NCBI GenBank assembly: GCA_963575745.1
Contig: CAUYUJ010000313.1
Location: 1-64,000, forward strand
Length of the DNA: 64,000 nucleotides
Reading direction: 5' to 3'
DNA from: Prorocentrum cordatum
Lineage: Eukaryota
Shown: piece after piece, positions 1 to 15,581 of the stretch
How the letters are laid out: every line of letters begins with the position of its first letter
Numbering within the stretch: the stretch's first letter is position 1
Translations under genes and position numbers: made by a program
Notes under the pieces: model-generated
Told to the model about the DNA's origin: nothing
Database searches by the model: none
What the model saw: only the letters and a program-made list of their open reading frames with translations

Positions 1-107
1 CTACGGCTACCACTACTACCATTATTACGATTCAGACTACTACAACTACGACTACGACTACGACTACTTCTAGTACGACTACTACTACCACCACTACTGC
101 TACTACG

Positions 108-151
<44 letters not shown>

Positions 152-397
152 GTCTACGTCTACTACTACTGCTACTGCTGCTGCTACGACTACTTTTACT
201 ACTTCCCCCAATACTGTTACTACTCCGAATTCTACAACTATCACGAGTACTGCTACTGATACTACAAGTACCAAGACGACCACGACTACAACGACGAGTG
301 CTACGACTACTATTACTACTTCTACTACTACTACCACTACTACTACTACTACTACTGCTACTACGACTACGACTACGACTACTACTACGACTACTAA

Positions 398-430
<33 letters not shown>

Positions 431-544
431 GACAAAACTACAACTACTACTACTACTACCACTGCTACTGCTACTAAACCGGCTACGACTGAGACTACGA
501 CTACGACTGCTACTACTACTACTACTCCCACCACGGCTACTACG

Positions 545-578
<34 letters not shown>

Positions 579-636
579 CTACTACTACTACTACTACTAC
601 TACGACAACTACTACGACTAATACTACGACTACTGG

Positions 637-693
<57 letters not shown>

Positions 694-752
694 CACTACC
701 ACTACCACGACCACTACCACTACCACTACCACTGCCACGGCCACTACCACGT

Positions 753-808
<56 letters not shown>

Positions 809-1172
809 GTTACGGCTACTACTACTACTACGACGACTACGACCACTCCTACTACTACTACTACTACTACCACTACTACTAGCTACTACTATACTACTAC
901 TACTACTACGACTACTACGACTACTGGCTACTACTACTACTAACTACTACAACTGTTATTACGATTACTACTACTACTACTACTACTACTACAACTACTA
1001 CTACTACTACTATACTACTACTACGACTACTACTACTACGACTACTACCTACTGCTACTACTACTACTACTATACTACCACTACTACTAATACTACTACT
1101 ACTACGACTACTACTACTTACGACTAACTATACTACTACTAACTACTACTACTACGATTACTACTACTACTA

Positions 1173-1209
<37 letters not shown>

Positions 1210-1557
1210 GCTACTGCTACTACTTCTAACTAATATTACTACTCTACTACTACACTACTACTACTACACTATTACGTAACTACTACTACTACTACTACTA
1301 CTGCTATGACTACTACTACTACTACTACTACTACTAACTACTACCAATACTACTATTCTACTATACTACTACTACTACTACTACTACTACGCTGCAACTA
1401 ACTAACGACTGCCACGCCTACCTAACTGACACGACCGGGGCTACTAGTACTACATAACACTAAGGCCTGCAAAAACGACTACTACTGCTACAACTACTAC
1501 TGCTACGACTACTACCCACTACGACTACTACCTATACTACTACTACTACTACTACTG

Positions 1558-1598
<41 letters not shown>

Positions 1599-1648
1599 GC
1601 TACTGCTACTACTACTACTACTACTACTACTACGACGGCCCCTTCGGA

Positions 1649-1679
<31 letters not shown>

Positions 1680-1731
1680 GGTACTACGACTGTTACTACT
1701 ACTACTGATACTGCCACTACTACTACGACTG

Positions 1732-1768
<37 letters not shown>

Positions 1769-1930
1769 GGCTACTACTACTACCACTACTACACCCACTA
1801 CGACTGCGACTACCACCAATACTACTCCTACCCGCACTACCGCATACGACTGCTACGGCTACTACGACTACTACTACCACCGCTACTACTACGACTACAA
1901 CTACGACTGTTACTACTACGGCTACTACTA

Positions 1931-1991
<61 letters not shown>

Positions 1992-1998
1992 GACTACT

Positions 1999-2095
<97 letters not shown>

Positions 2096-2118
2096 GACTA
2101 CTACTACTACTACCACTA

Positions 2119-2163
<45 letters not shown>

Positions 2164-2227
2164 GAACACCTACTACTCCTATACTACTCTACTACTACTA
2201 CGACGTCTCTAACTACTACTACTACTA

Positions 2228-2261
<34 letters not shown>

Positions 2262-2352
2262 ATACTACTACTACTACACTACTCTACTACTACTACACTA
2301 CTACTACTACTACTACTAAACTACTACTACGACTACTACTCAACTACTACTT

Positions 2353-2401
<49 letters not shown>

Positions 2402-2707
2402 GGCTACTACTACTACTACTACTACTACCACGACCACGACCACTATTACTACTACTCCTACTAGTACGACTACTACGATCACTACTAGTACGACTACTAC
2501 TATTGTTACTACTACCACTACTACGACGAGTACTACTACTACTACGGCTACTACTACTACTCCTACTACTACTGCTACTACTACTACTACTACTACGACT
2601 ACTACTACGACTACTACGACTACTACTACGACTACTACTACTACTACCACTGCCACTGCTGCTGCTACTACTAGGTCTACGACCAGTGCTGCACTAATAC
2701 TACTAAG

Positions 2708-2790
<83 letters not shown>

Positions 2791-2973
2791 TACTACTACT
2801 ACTACTAACTCTACTACTAACTACCACTGCCGACTGCTGCTGCTACTACTACTCTACGACCAGTGCTGCACTACTACTACTAAGACTACGTACTAGTACT
2901 AAGACTACGTACTACTACTACCACTACTACTACTAAACCTACTACTACTACTACTGACTACTACTTACTACTT

Positions 2974-3008
<35 letters not shown>

Positions 3009-3045
3009 ACTCTACTTCTACGACACTACTGGTACTGCCACCTAT

Positions 3046-3095
<50 letters not shown>

Positions 3096-3158
3096 GTACT
3101 ACTACTACTAATACTACTACTACTACCTCTACCACTACCACTACCACTACTACTACTA

Positions 3159-3211
<53 letters not shown>

Positions 3212-3325
3212 GCTACTGCTACTACTACTACTGCTACTACTACTACTACTACCACCACCACCACTTTTTCCACTATTTCCACTAATACGTTTACTACTGT
3301 TTCTACTGCTACTGCTGCTACTACG

Positions 3326-3360
<35 letters not shown>

Positions 3361-3515
3361 GACTACGACTACCACTACTACTTCGGCCACAACTACGACG
3401 AGAACGACGACGACTACTACTACTACTACGACGTCGACTGCGATGACGACTACGACTACGACTGCGCCTACGAGTTACGACTATTGCTCTACTACGACTG
3501 CTACAAATACTTCTT

Positions 3516-3585
<70 letters not shown>

Positions 3586-3601
3586 GACTACTACTGCTAA
3601 A

Positions 3602-3648
<47 letters not shown>

Positions 3649-3829
3649 AACGACTCTCACTAGTACGACGACTACTACGACCACGACTACGAATACGACT
3701 GCGACTAGGACAACTACTACTACCACAGCTGGGACGATTACCACTGCCACAACTACCACTACTACTATCAGTACTACCATTACTAGTACGACTACGACTA
3801 CACTACAACTACGACGACTACTACTACTG

Positions 3830-3860
<31 letters not shown>

Positions 3861-3896
3861 GACTACTACTACTTGTACTGCTACTACTGCTGATAA

Positions 3897-3935
<39 letters not shown>

Positions 3936-3936
3936 G

Positions 3937-3977
<41 letters not shown>

Positions 3978-4110
3978 CACGACTAGTACTGCCAGTGTCA
4001 TTAGGATTACGACTACTCCGACGGCCACGACGACTACGACGAGTAGTGGTAGTACGACTACCACTACTACTGCTACTCACACTACTACTACTACTACTAC
4101 TACTACTACG

Positions 4111-4151
<41 letters not shown>

Positions 4152-4180
4152 CACTACTACTACTGCTACTACTACTACGG

Positions 4181-4245
<65 letters not shown>

Positions 4246-4277
4246 GACCTACTACTACTACTACTACTACTACTACG

Positions 4278-4339
<62 letters not shown>

Positions 4340-4403
4340 GACTACTACTACTACTACTATTACAACGACTACTACTACGACTACTACTACTAGTACTAGT
4401 ACA

Positions 4404-4443
<40 letters not shown>
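1..4443. repeat. (ACT)n/(CTA)n microsatellite array, degenerate
   Basis: Continuous ctactacta with scattered ACG/GCT/CCA variants; source of the poly-V/T/L/Y/S ORFs. Confidence 0.98.
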
Positions 4444-4446
<3 letters not shown>

Positions 4447-5411
4447 TACGACCACCCTTCGGGTGATAAGGAGGTTCGGGGGGGGAGGAACCAACGTCTC
4501 ACTCGATCGGTCTCCCTCGATCGATCTCACAATCGATCTCACTCGATCTATCTCACAATTGATCTGACTATCGATTTCACAATCGATCTCACAATCGATC
4601 TCACAATCGATATCACATTCGGTCTCACTATCGATCTCACTATCGATATCACAACCGCCCTCACAATCAACGTCATCATCATCATCATCACCATCATCAC
4701 CATCATCACCATCATCACCATCATCATCTCACAATCGATCTGACTATCGATCTCACAATCGATCTCACTATCTATCTCACAATCGATCTCACATTCGGTC
4801 TTACTATCGATATCACAATCGATCTCACAATCGACATCATCATCATCATCATCGTCAACATCAACATCATCATCATCATCATCATCATCACCATCACCAT
4901 CATCAACATCATCATCATCATCACCATCATCATCATCACCATCATCACCATCATCATCATAATCATCCACATCATCATCGGGTCACCGACGGGACACCGA
5001 CGGGACACCGGCGGGACACTGGCGGGACACCGCGCGCCACTGGCCGCCCGGAAGAGACACATTTTGTCCGGCATCGCCTCAGCCACGGACACCGACGGGA
5101 CACCAGCGGGACACCAGCGAGACACCGTGCGCCACCGGCCGCCCGGAAGAGACACATTTGGTCCGGCCGCGCCTCAGCCACAGGGACACCGACGGGACAC
5201 CAGCGGGACACCGGCGGGACACCGCGCGCCACTGGCCGCCCGGAAGAGACACATTTGGTCCGGCCGCGCCTCAGCCACAGGAGACTTTCCTCTCGCCCGC
5301 CCACGCAGCTTCGCCTCGCCCGCGCGCACGGTACGCACGAACACGAAACCGAAATCGATTTCCCAGTAGGGGGGCTCTCCGTTCCACTTCGATCTCACCC
5401 CCTCACCTCCG

Positions 5412-5412
<1 letters not shown>
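4444..5412 (-). mobile_element. Composite non-autonomous element, copy 1, inserted in (ACT)n; internal 12-bp TCGATCTCACWA and 9-bp GGGACACCR satellites
   Basis: Shares an identical 28-bp end (CTATACGACCCACCCTTCGGGTGATAAG) and a ~120-bp opposite end (CCCACGCAGCTTCGCCTCGCCCGC...CTCCGA) with 7354-8222; flanked on both sides by (ACT)n. Strand inferred from Helitron-like ends. Confidence 0.6.
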
Positions 5413-6375
<963 letters not shown>

Positions 6376-6820
6376 ACTCCGAAATCCCGAGAACAATGTT
6401 TTGGCATGCTTCAAGGTCTTCAAACGGTTGTCTTCCAACGAGGCAGTTCCCTCAATGGAATTGAACCGTTGTAGGGGCTTAAGAAGAGGGAGCTTGGAGG
6501 GAGGGTTAATTCCAACATATTTGACGACTCTTGGGTTTACACTGGTCCTCCTCCTCCTCCTCCTCCTCCTCCTCCTCCTCCTCCTCCTCCTCCTCCTGCT
6601 CCTGCTCCTCCTCCTGGTCCTTCTACCTCCCTCCTCGTTTCGATGCGGTTTCCGTCATCGAGGATCCCTCGGGGATCCCTCGGGGATCCCCTCCCCCGCA
6701 CGGGCGGGCGGGCCGTGCCCCACGGGGGGCACGCTGCGGGCCTCGAGGCTGTCCGCGAGGCCGAAGACGGGCCGCACCTCCTGGAGCGGTGCGCGCTGGG
6801 AGGAGGGGCCGGGCTCACGG

Positions 6821-6937
6821 CGGGCATGTCCCCCTACAGACAGATTCGGGGCAATAAAAAGAAAATCAAAGAGTCGCCCCAAGACCACAGGTTTACTATT
6901 TTTGAATACTCCTCCTGCAGAGGGACACGCCCGACTT
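6821..6937. mobile_element. Small MITE-like element with imperfect terminal inverted repeats, copy 1
   Basis: CGGGCATGTCCCCCTACAG (6821-6839) is a 16/19 inverted match to CTGCAGAGGGACACGCCCG (6915-6933); 6896-6937 matches 59941-59982 at 37/42. Confidence 0.5.
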
Positions 6938-7353
6938 AAGGCCGGGAGGCCCAGAGAGGCCTCCCGTCTGCCTCCTCCTTCTCCTGCGTTGGGCCCAGCG
7001 TCGCCGGCGTGCGACTCGGGCGAGGGCCGACGGCCTCGGACTGCGAAGGCGGCCGCCGGCAAGAGAGGCGACTCCCTCAGGCGATCAGCGTGTTATCCAT
7101 GCCTCGATGCTGAATGGCTTAGTCTTGGGCCCCCTGGCCGACTTACCCCCCTGGGTTGGGATATGTGCTGTTACCTCAGGGTCTCGCGGGGCATATCCCC
7201 GCCTGTGGAGATTGGAGGGTGGAGCTGAGACATGGCCCGTGGGGATAGGGATCGGGTAAACGATGTTGACGCACGGCAGAACTTTCCGAGGGGGCGGAGT
7301 GGGGGCATGGATGATCATCACGGATAATCATCACGCCTCTGAAGACCAGGTTC

Positions 7354-8222
7354 CTATACGACCCACCCTTCGGGTGATAAGATTGTGGGGGGTGTAGGGG
7401 GGGAACCAACATCTGACTCAATCGATCTCACTATCGATCTCACTCAACGAGACACTACGGGACACCGCGGGACACTTGTCGATCTCACTATCGATCTCAC
7501 TATCAATCTCACTCAACGGGACACCACGGGACACCACGGGACACCACGGGACACCACGGGACACCGCGGGACACCTGTCGATCTCACTATCGGTCTCACT
7601 ATCGATCTCACTATCGATCTCACTCAACGGGACACCACGGGACACCACGGGACACCTCGGGACACCACATCGATCTCACTATCAATCTCACTATCAATCT
7701 CACTATCGATCTCACTCAACGGGACACCACGGGACACCACGGAACACCACCGGACACCATGGGACACCGCGGGACACCGCGAGCCACCGCCGGACGCACG
7801 GACGGACGGGCGAGCGGGGGAGAATCATTGGTCTTGACTTCGCCGTAGCAACGGCGGACACCACGGGACACCACGGGACACCACGGGACACCACGGGACA
7901 CCGCGGGACACCGCGAGCCACCGCCAGAAGGGCAGGAGGGGGAGAATCATTTGTCTTAATTTCGCCCTAGCAACGGAGGACACCACGGGACACCACAGGA
8001 CACCACAGGACACCACAGGACACCGCGGGACTCCGCGAGCCACTGCCGGAAGGGCGGGAGGGGGAGAATCATTTGTCGTGACTTCGCCCTAGCAACGGCG
8101 GGTTCATTCCTCTCGCGTGCCCACGCAGCTTCGCCTCGCCCGCACGCACGACACGAACGAAAAGAAACGATTTCCTGGTTGGGGGTCTCCGTTCCACTGC
8201 GATCTCACCCCCCAACCTCCGA
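7354..8222 (-). mobile_element. Composite non-autonomous element, copy 2 (TCGATCTCACTA and GGGACACCA minisatellites)
   Basis: Same termini as 4444-5412 with different copy numbers of the internal satellites. Confidence 0.6.
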
Positions 8223-9279
8223 TCTCGTCCATGCCCTTCTTCCCCTGGCGCCACGAGAGGAAGGCGGCAGCAGGGGCGTGGCTCGAACGGCGATCGCCGA
8301 TCCCAATGCGCCCTAGAGGGCAGCCGCGCACGGGACGCCGCGGGCGTGCGCCGCTCAATTGGTCGTGCGCCGAACCGGGAAACTCACCAGAGCAGGAGGC
8401 GCGGGGGATCTCGGGGGAAGAGACACACGCACATCCACCGCCCCTGGCCAGCCCCAGCCATGGCCCTGGAGCGGCGTAGACGCCCCCCCTCGCTGGGCCA
8501 GTGCAGCATGCACACCGATCTTGGGCCCAAGGTCGGCCTGGCGAAGAAAGATGGACTACCACTTGGGGCGTGAGGCCGAAGTAAAACGGAAGCCCCAGCT
8601 GGAAAGCCGATCTCGATCTCGTCTCGCGTGGTCCGCGCGTGCTCCTGCACTAGCGAAACCCATGTCACGCCCAAACGGGTCGATTCCAGGAGCGTCGGGG
8701 CGTGCCCGTGGTTGCCACGCGACTTTCCCGCACTTGTCCCGTGGTTGTTTGGTGATTGTCTCGTGGTTGTCCTGTCGTTGTCCCGCGTTTGTCCTGCAAC
8801 TGTCCCGTGGTTGTCCTGTGTCGCCTGGTTGTCCCAGGATTGTCCCGCGATTGCCACGGAGCTGTCACGCGGTTGTCCGTCGCTGTCCAGCGGTTGTTCC
8901 GTAATCGTTCTAGGGCTGTCCCGAAGTTTTTCCGTCTATAGACAGAAAGAGAGACCGATAGCTAGATTCTGGGATCTGTACATCTTGAGAATGGGATATG
9001 CGAAAACATAATGAGACCGATGGGTAGCGATACCTACAATACCAATGTTCCCCAAACCTTGCTTGCACATAGGGGTTCATACTTGTGGAATAAAAAGGTT
9101 GGGACTGACGGTCCGTTTGACGGCTATGTTGCCGCATTCGCCGCCCCGTCCCCGCTTCGTCGGCGCCCGTCGTCTGGGTTTGACGGTCGGTTTGGTGGCT
9201 ATGTTGCCGCCGTCGCCGCCCAATCACCGCCCCGTCGGTCTGGGCATGACGGTCGATTTGGCAGCTATGTTGCCGCCGT

Positions 9280-9551
9280 CGCCACCCCGTCGCCGCACCG
9301 TAAGCTGCACCGCATATACTCTGTTGTTCGAAAAATATCATATCCCTCCCCCCTGGAATTAACATGACCCTTCGCGCATTGCAGTTTACATACGACTCTA
9401 CCCCATCGCCCATCCGAAAAATGAGTTGGCGCCCTCCCAAGCAGGCAGGCACCGATCCCGCTGATTTTCTGCAACCAGAAACTATGCGCAGAATCGTTTA
9501 TCAAAAGCGAGCAAATGTTACCAAACGGTTCTTTTTTTGTTATATATATAC

Positions 9552-9582
<31 letters not shown>

Positions 9583-10050
9583 CGGGACGAAATGCACACG
9601 CGCGCGTCGTCGCGCGCGCATGCCAGAATCCCTCAACAACTCCTGAAATGTCGTAAGGATGTCGAGATCGAGGGTCCCGGAAACATATTGAAACAAACGA
9701 TCGCCCAGCTATGATTTATATAGGTATAAAGGAAAATGCGTTCGGCATCTTGCGGGCTCTTGAAATATCAATCGATGTTTCAAAATGCTCACAACATGCT
9801 AACAAGCGGGCCTTTAGCGCGCGCATTTCGAAATCGAGGACACACACAAAGAACAAAAAAAATGCGCGCGCTGTGGCAAGAATCCTCTGCCCCCGCCACC
9901 CCCCCCCCAAAAAAAAAATGACGAAACGCGCACACGCGCGCGTCGTCGCGCGCGCATGCTCAAACCCTTAAAACCGCACGGGTCGTAAGGAATTCGAAAT
10001 CGAGCGCCCCGGAAACGCGAACAACAAAAAATGGCTGTGCAACGTCAATG
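9280..10050 (+). repeat. Dispersed repeat family with CGCGCGCGTCGTCGCGCGCGCATGC palindromic motif (segment)
   Basis: Motif at ~9599 and ~9935; 9280-9620 aligns by eye with 38290-38590. Confidence 0.7.
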
Positions 10051-10106
10051 TTTACTTATATATATATACATATATATATATATATACATACATACATATA
10101 TATATA

Positions 10107-11504
10107 CTAGAACCATCGCGCGCGCTTCGCGCGCGCTCAGGTTCTAGTTGAGGTCGCCGCTCAAGTGCGATGCCCGCGACAATTCTTACCACGAAGACGG
10201 CGGCGTGCACTGCAAGCCACGTATTCCGGAAGCGCACTTCTGGAACATGGGAACGGAGATCCCCGATCCTCATCGTTCGCACGCCATGTTCCACAAGAGC
10301 GTTCCCGCAGCATGGGGCGCCAGAGGCTCCCCCGCCCTCCCCCCCCGGACTATCCTGCCGAGGAGCTCTTGGGTTGCGCAAGGCCGGTCTTGCGGGTTCC
10401 CTGGGGCTCTCTGGGCCCGCCCAGGGCTGTCTGGGAGCGAGCCTGGAGGCGCGCTGGGCCCTATTGGAACGCCGGAAAGCCGAAAAGACAAGGAGGCCAA
10501 GATCCTCCAATTCCTACGTGAAATGAACGATTTTAGCCTGTTGGGACCCTCTTGGGGGTGCTCCTGGAGGCGTCTTGAACCATGTTTGAAGCCTCTTGGG
10601 AGCTACCTGGGGCCTCCTGGGGCTCTCTTGAGGCGGAAGCCCTGGGTTTTCCGCACGCGGTCCGTCTCTTGGACACCTCTCGGGTCTGTTTTGGGACACT
10701 CGTGGGCTGCCCTGGGCGTTTCTTGGGCCAGCCTTGGGCTCTCCGGGACCGCCTCGGGGCGGCCCTGGGCGCTTCTGGAGCTGTTTGGGGGCGGTCTCGG
10801 AGGCCTCCGGGGCCGCCTAGGACTGTCGGACAGCCGCAAAGATCAGAAGGCCAAAACCCTTTCCAAAACTATTGTACAACCATGAATGGTTGGCCTGCTG
10901 GGGCCCTCGTGGGAGTGCTCTTGGAAGCGTTGGGAGCCATGTTGGAAGACTTTTGGGGGCTGCCTGGGACCTCCGGGGTCACTGTTGAGGCGGGAGCCCT
11001 GGGTGTTCGGTACGCGGTCCCTCTCTTGGGCCTTTCTTGGGTTTGTTTTGGAGCCTTCTTGGGCTGTCGTGGGCGCTTCTTGGGCCAGCCTTGGGCTCTC
11101 TGGGGCTGCCTTGGGCTTGTCTTGGGGGCCCCTGGGGCTGCTTGGGGGCGGACGTGGAGACCTCATGGGCTGTCTTGGAGCGTCGCACAAGCGAAAAAAA
11201 AAAACAGAAGGCCAAAATCCAGCCGAAACCCTCGGAAAACCATCAAAATTGGCCTCCCGGGGCTCTCTTGGGAGTGTTCCTGGAAGCGTATGGAGCCATG
11301 TTGGAGGCCTCCCGAAACCTCTACCGCGTGTTTCGGCGACATGGGTCGAAGATGGGAACCATTCCTGGTGCTGAAACGTCACCAGGGTCCGTCCAGAGCT
11401 GCTCTGGAGACGCCCCGGAGCCGCTCTGGAGAGGCCCAAGGGGGGTCCCCCCATGGCGAGTCGAGGCAGTTGGCCAGAGGCCCCCGGCCCCGAACCCCGA
11501 CAGA
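10107..11504 (-). mobile_element. Non-autonomous Helitron inserted in a TA-rich microsatellite
   Basis: Minus strand reads host A | TC (11504-11503) ... GCGCGCGC-GAA-GCGCGCGC hairpin (10136-10118), then 11 nt ending in CTAG (10107) | host T. No TSD. Internal ~350-bp CCCAAGAG-rich subrepeats; no Rep/helicase ORF. Confidence 0.75.
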
Positions 11505-11617
11505 TACATATATATATATATATACATACATACATACATACATACATACATACATACATACATCCATACATCCATACATCCATACATCCATACATCCATA
11601 CATACATACATACATTC

Positions 11618-11648
<31 letters not shown>

Positions 11649-11711
11649 CATACATACATACATACATACATACATACATACATACATACTCACACACACA
11701 CACACACACAC
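11505..11711. repeat. (TA)n-(TACA)n-(CA)n compound microsatellite
   Basis: Direct inspection. Confidence 0.95.
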
Positions 11712-12887
11712 AAAAAAAAATCTGCGCTCGCGCTCTTGCGAGTCCAAAAAAACAAAGGGTGCTTCATCATTTTCATTAATATCGGCCACACGGACCTCCC
11801 GCGCCGCATGTCGACATCATTAGAATGCGTTTTGATTGCGTGTCGGGGGGGGGGGGGGGGCAATCCGCGTCAACAAATACAGTGCGGGCGGGTCCACTCG
11901 CGCGCGTCGGCCGCGCGCGCGTCGAACTCCTTCCAAAACCTTTTCATCACCGACGCGAAGGCGCCGTCATCGTCGTCGGCGTGACCAGCGTCGGCGCAGT
12001 CACTGGCCTTGTCATCGGCGACGTCACCATCGCCACAAACATCGCCACGACCATGATAGTGTCTACCGTTGCCGACGTTGCCATGATACCGCGCCCGCCC
12101 AAGTCGCCGACTCGCACTGACGTGCCCGCTGGGAAGTACACAGCGGTCAGCGCCACGGCGGACGCGTCGGTCGCGTCAACTAGCAGGCCGCTTCGCGCGC
12201 GCGCATGCGCGGGCTAACACGGCCGCAGAGATGCACCAGCCAATGCCAGGCATTCATCGCAATCGCCGCCGCATGGGTTTTGCGCATCAAGCTGCGGGGG
12301 GGAGCGGGCGGGTGGCCGCTCGAGCACTGGATTTGACAACTAACTCACTGCGGAAAGAAGATAGTTGCACTACATAAACTGCACCACATGAATTCTCCGT
12401 TCTAGGAAAAGAATAGACTCGACCCCCCCCCCCCCCCCCCCGATTAACGACCCCCCTGGGTTGCGATGTCATTTTTCTTCTACAAACTCGCCCATCCTTA
12501 CTGTGAGTTCATACGACCCCAGCCAAGCCGACATCGCCCCCCCCCCACCCCCCCCCGCCATTCTCTTCAAAAAATACGATGCGCGCACACTTCTTCATCT
12601 GAAGAAAGCAAGTTACAATAATCCCTGACACGACGTCATCACGCGCGCGCGTGTCAAAATCGCACCAAACACCGTGTGGCTGCAAGCATTTCAGCTTAAA
12701 AAACGAGACATCTAAAATGTGTTATCATATAAAAAATGTTGCAAATGGCCTGACCGCGCGCTCGTGCGAAAATCATGGCGTACATATATATATATATATG
12801 TATATATATATATGTATATAGATGTGTGTGTGTTGTGAATATATATATATATATATATATATGTGTATATATATGTATACATATACA

Positions 12888-12918
<31 letters not shown>

Positions 12919-14640
12919 CGCAAGATTCTTATAAATTCTGCCAAATCCAACGATTTCATGTCAGCGCGCAGTGCCCGCGATACTCCTGTCATGCGCCGAG
13001 GGCGCGAATCCTTTGCAAAAAAAACACAGCGCGGGCCACGTGCGCGCACCGCCGCGCGCGCATGATCAGTCTGACGGAATTGTTGAACCTTGTCAGCATC
13101 ACCGCGATCACCTGCCTCATCGCCACATGGACATCAGCATCGTTCGTGACGTCACCCTTTTGAACATCGTCGCTGGCGCCATCTTCGTCACTGTCGCAAA
13201 CGTTGCCGACGTCATCTTGTCATCGCGACCGTCCGAGTATCGTCGATATGCCCACCTTCATCGTCGACTCGCGGTGACGAGCATCGGCAGTGAGGATGTT
13301 ACCATCGATGTCGTCATCGGTGGCGCCACCGCCCCCCGCATCATGAGTTTTGCCAAACAAGTTGCGGGTGGGAGGGTGGGACGTTTGCGCGAGCAGTGGA
13401 GATGACGATTTCAAGTTCAGCAGAGTGGATTGCCACACATAGATTCTCCGCTCGAAAAAAAATCGGTTCTACCACCCTCCCCCCCCAGACTTATCGACTC
13501 CCCGGGAACCGATGCAAAAAACATATGATTCTGACCCAATGTCCATCCTACCTGTGAAGTCATACTGTCCCTGCCAGGCTGGTATCGGTACCCCCCGCCA
13601 TCCCTCGCAAAAAATACGATGCGCGCACAATCGTTGATCAAAAACCTTTTCAAACATCCCATGTAAAAATTTGACGAAATGCACACGCGCGCGTCGTCGC
13701 GCGCGCATGCCGGAATCCTTCAAAAAACCATCGGTTTCGACAGGATTTCAAAATCGAGCGTCCCAAAAAATAACGTAAAAACCACCAGGTTTCGCACACG
13801 GATGTTCAACAAAAGCGTGCGCGCGCTCTCTTGCGAATTCTCAACAAAATAATAAGTTTCTCAACACGTTCATAAAATGCTAACAAACGGGCTTCGCGCG
13901 CGCATGGCGAAATCGTTATGAAAGCCCTTGCGCGCGCGCTGGGGTGGCACGATCCGTGTCGAACAATACCATGCGAGCCACTCTCGCGCGTCTGCCGCGC
14001 GCGCATTTCCAATTCCTTCCAAAACCTTCATCACCGACGCGAAGGCGCCGTCATCGTCGTCGGCGCGATCAGCATCGGAGCCGTCACTGGCTGCCCCGTC
14101 GTCGCTGTCAGCATCGTCACCAGCATCGCTACTACCATCATCGTGTCTTCTATTGTCGACGTTGCCATGATACCGCGCCCGCCCAAGTCGCCGACTCGCA
14201 CGGAAGTGCCCGATGGGATGTGCCGAACGGCCAGCGCCACCGCGTTCGCGTCGGTCGCGCCAAACTAGCTGGCCGCTGCGCGCGCGAGCATGCGCGGCCG
14301 CAGAGATGCACCAGCCAACACCCAGCACTCATCGCAATCGCTCCCGCATGGGTTCTGCACACCAAGTTGCGCGTGGGTGGGTGTGATGATTGCGCGAGCA
14401 GTGAAATTCAGAACTTCAAGCTCGGCAACTGAATTGCAAAACATAAATTGCACCACATATATGTGGCCCCAGATAGACTGCACAACAAAGATTGCGCGAC
14501 ATAGGTTGCATCACACAGATTGCGCAACATCTGTAGCACCACATGTGCTGCACCACATACCCTGCACAACATGCATAACACCACATACACTGCACCCTAG
14601 CATTTGCCCCATATAGAATGCACAACATGGGGTGTACAAA
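11712..14640 (+). repeat. Dispersed CG-palindrome repeat family, two near-complete units plus a partial one
   Basis: 11890-12390 and 13975-14460 are clearly homologous (…CACCGACGCGAAGGCGCCGTCATCGTCGTCGGCG…ATACCGCGCCCGCCCAAGTCGCCGACTCGCAC…); further copies at ~39190, ~40185 and ~42940. Confidence 0.8.
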
Positions 14641-14707
14641 AAATAATGCACCAACAAAAAAACAAACAAACAAAACGCCTCAAAGAGAACACCCTGACAT
14701 ATTGGAA

Positions 14708-15000
14708 CCGGGTCGAAGGGGGGGGGGGGGGCAACACATTGACCGCCCCTAGAGAAACGGAGGGAGGGCCTGGACACCAGCCTCCTTAATGGGGGGGGGT
14801 CGAACCGGGGCCCCCCCCCCGTGTCCAAAGAAGAAGAGGGGATTCGAACAGGGGGGGGGGGCTGAAACGCTAAGGGGGGTTCGAACCAGGGAAGCCCCCC
14901 CACCCACCCACCCGTGTCCCACGGAAGGGGGGGGGTCGAACCTGGGGGGGGCCACCCCCCCTGAAGTGCGCGGGGGGGGGGTCGAACTGGGGGGGCCTGA
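14708..15000. repeat. G-run minisatellite with repeated GG(T)TCGAAC core
   Basis: About six GnTCGAA(C) units separated by G and C homopolymers. Confidence 0.7.
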
Positions 15001-15318
15001 GCTGCATGGGGAGGAAGGTTCAAAGCAGGCCCCCTCCCCCAATGTGCGCGTCGTCGTCGTCGTCGAGCCTGGTCAGGGCGCACGCTGACATTGTTTACAA
15101 ATCCGTAGGTCTGGCGCGTGGGCGCCAGATCCACGGATCAGGCAAGATACCCCCCGAAACATGAGGCCAATGCGGCTTGATTTGGCGATGGAACGCGCCG
15201 ACTCCGTATGGAAACAGGACCCGTCGCTAACCCACGCGCCTTAATCCATGGTTGCGTCTCCCTGACTCTGGCGATCCGCACAGCCAGAAAAAGTGCGCTT
15301 CGCACCCGCCGCTCTGAG

Positions 15319-15581
15319 CTCCTCCTCCTCCTCCTCCTCCTCCTCCTCCTCCTCCTCCTCCTCCTCCTCCTCCTCCTNNNNNNNNNNNNNNNNNNNNNNN
15401 NNNNNNNNNNNNNNNNNNNNNNNNNNNNNNNNNNNNNNNNNNNNNNNNNNNNNNNNNNNNNNNNNNNNNNNNNNNNNTCCTCCTCCTGCCTCCTCCTCCT
15501 CCTCCTCCTCCTGCCTCCTCCTCCTCCTCCTCCTGCCTCCTCCTCCTCCTCCTCCTCCTCCTCCTCCTCCTCCTCCTCCTC
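15319..15581. repeat. (CCT)n microsatellite spanning a 100-N scaffold gap (15378-15477)
   Basis: Direct inspection. Confidence 0.97.

Noticed and set aside
1..4443. Telomeric repeat or telomeric retrotransposon array
   Set aside because: No TTTAGGG/TTAGGG-type repeats; (ACT)n and (CCT)n occur internally throughout.
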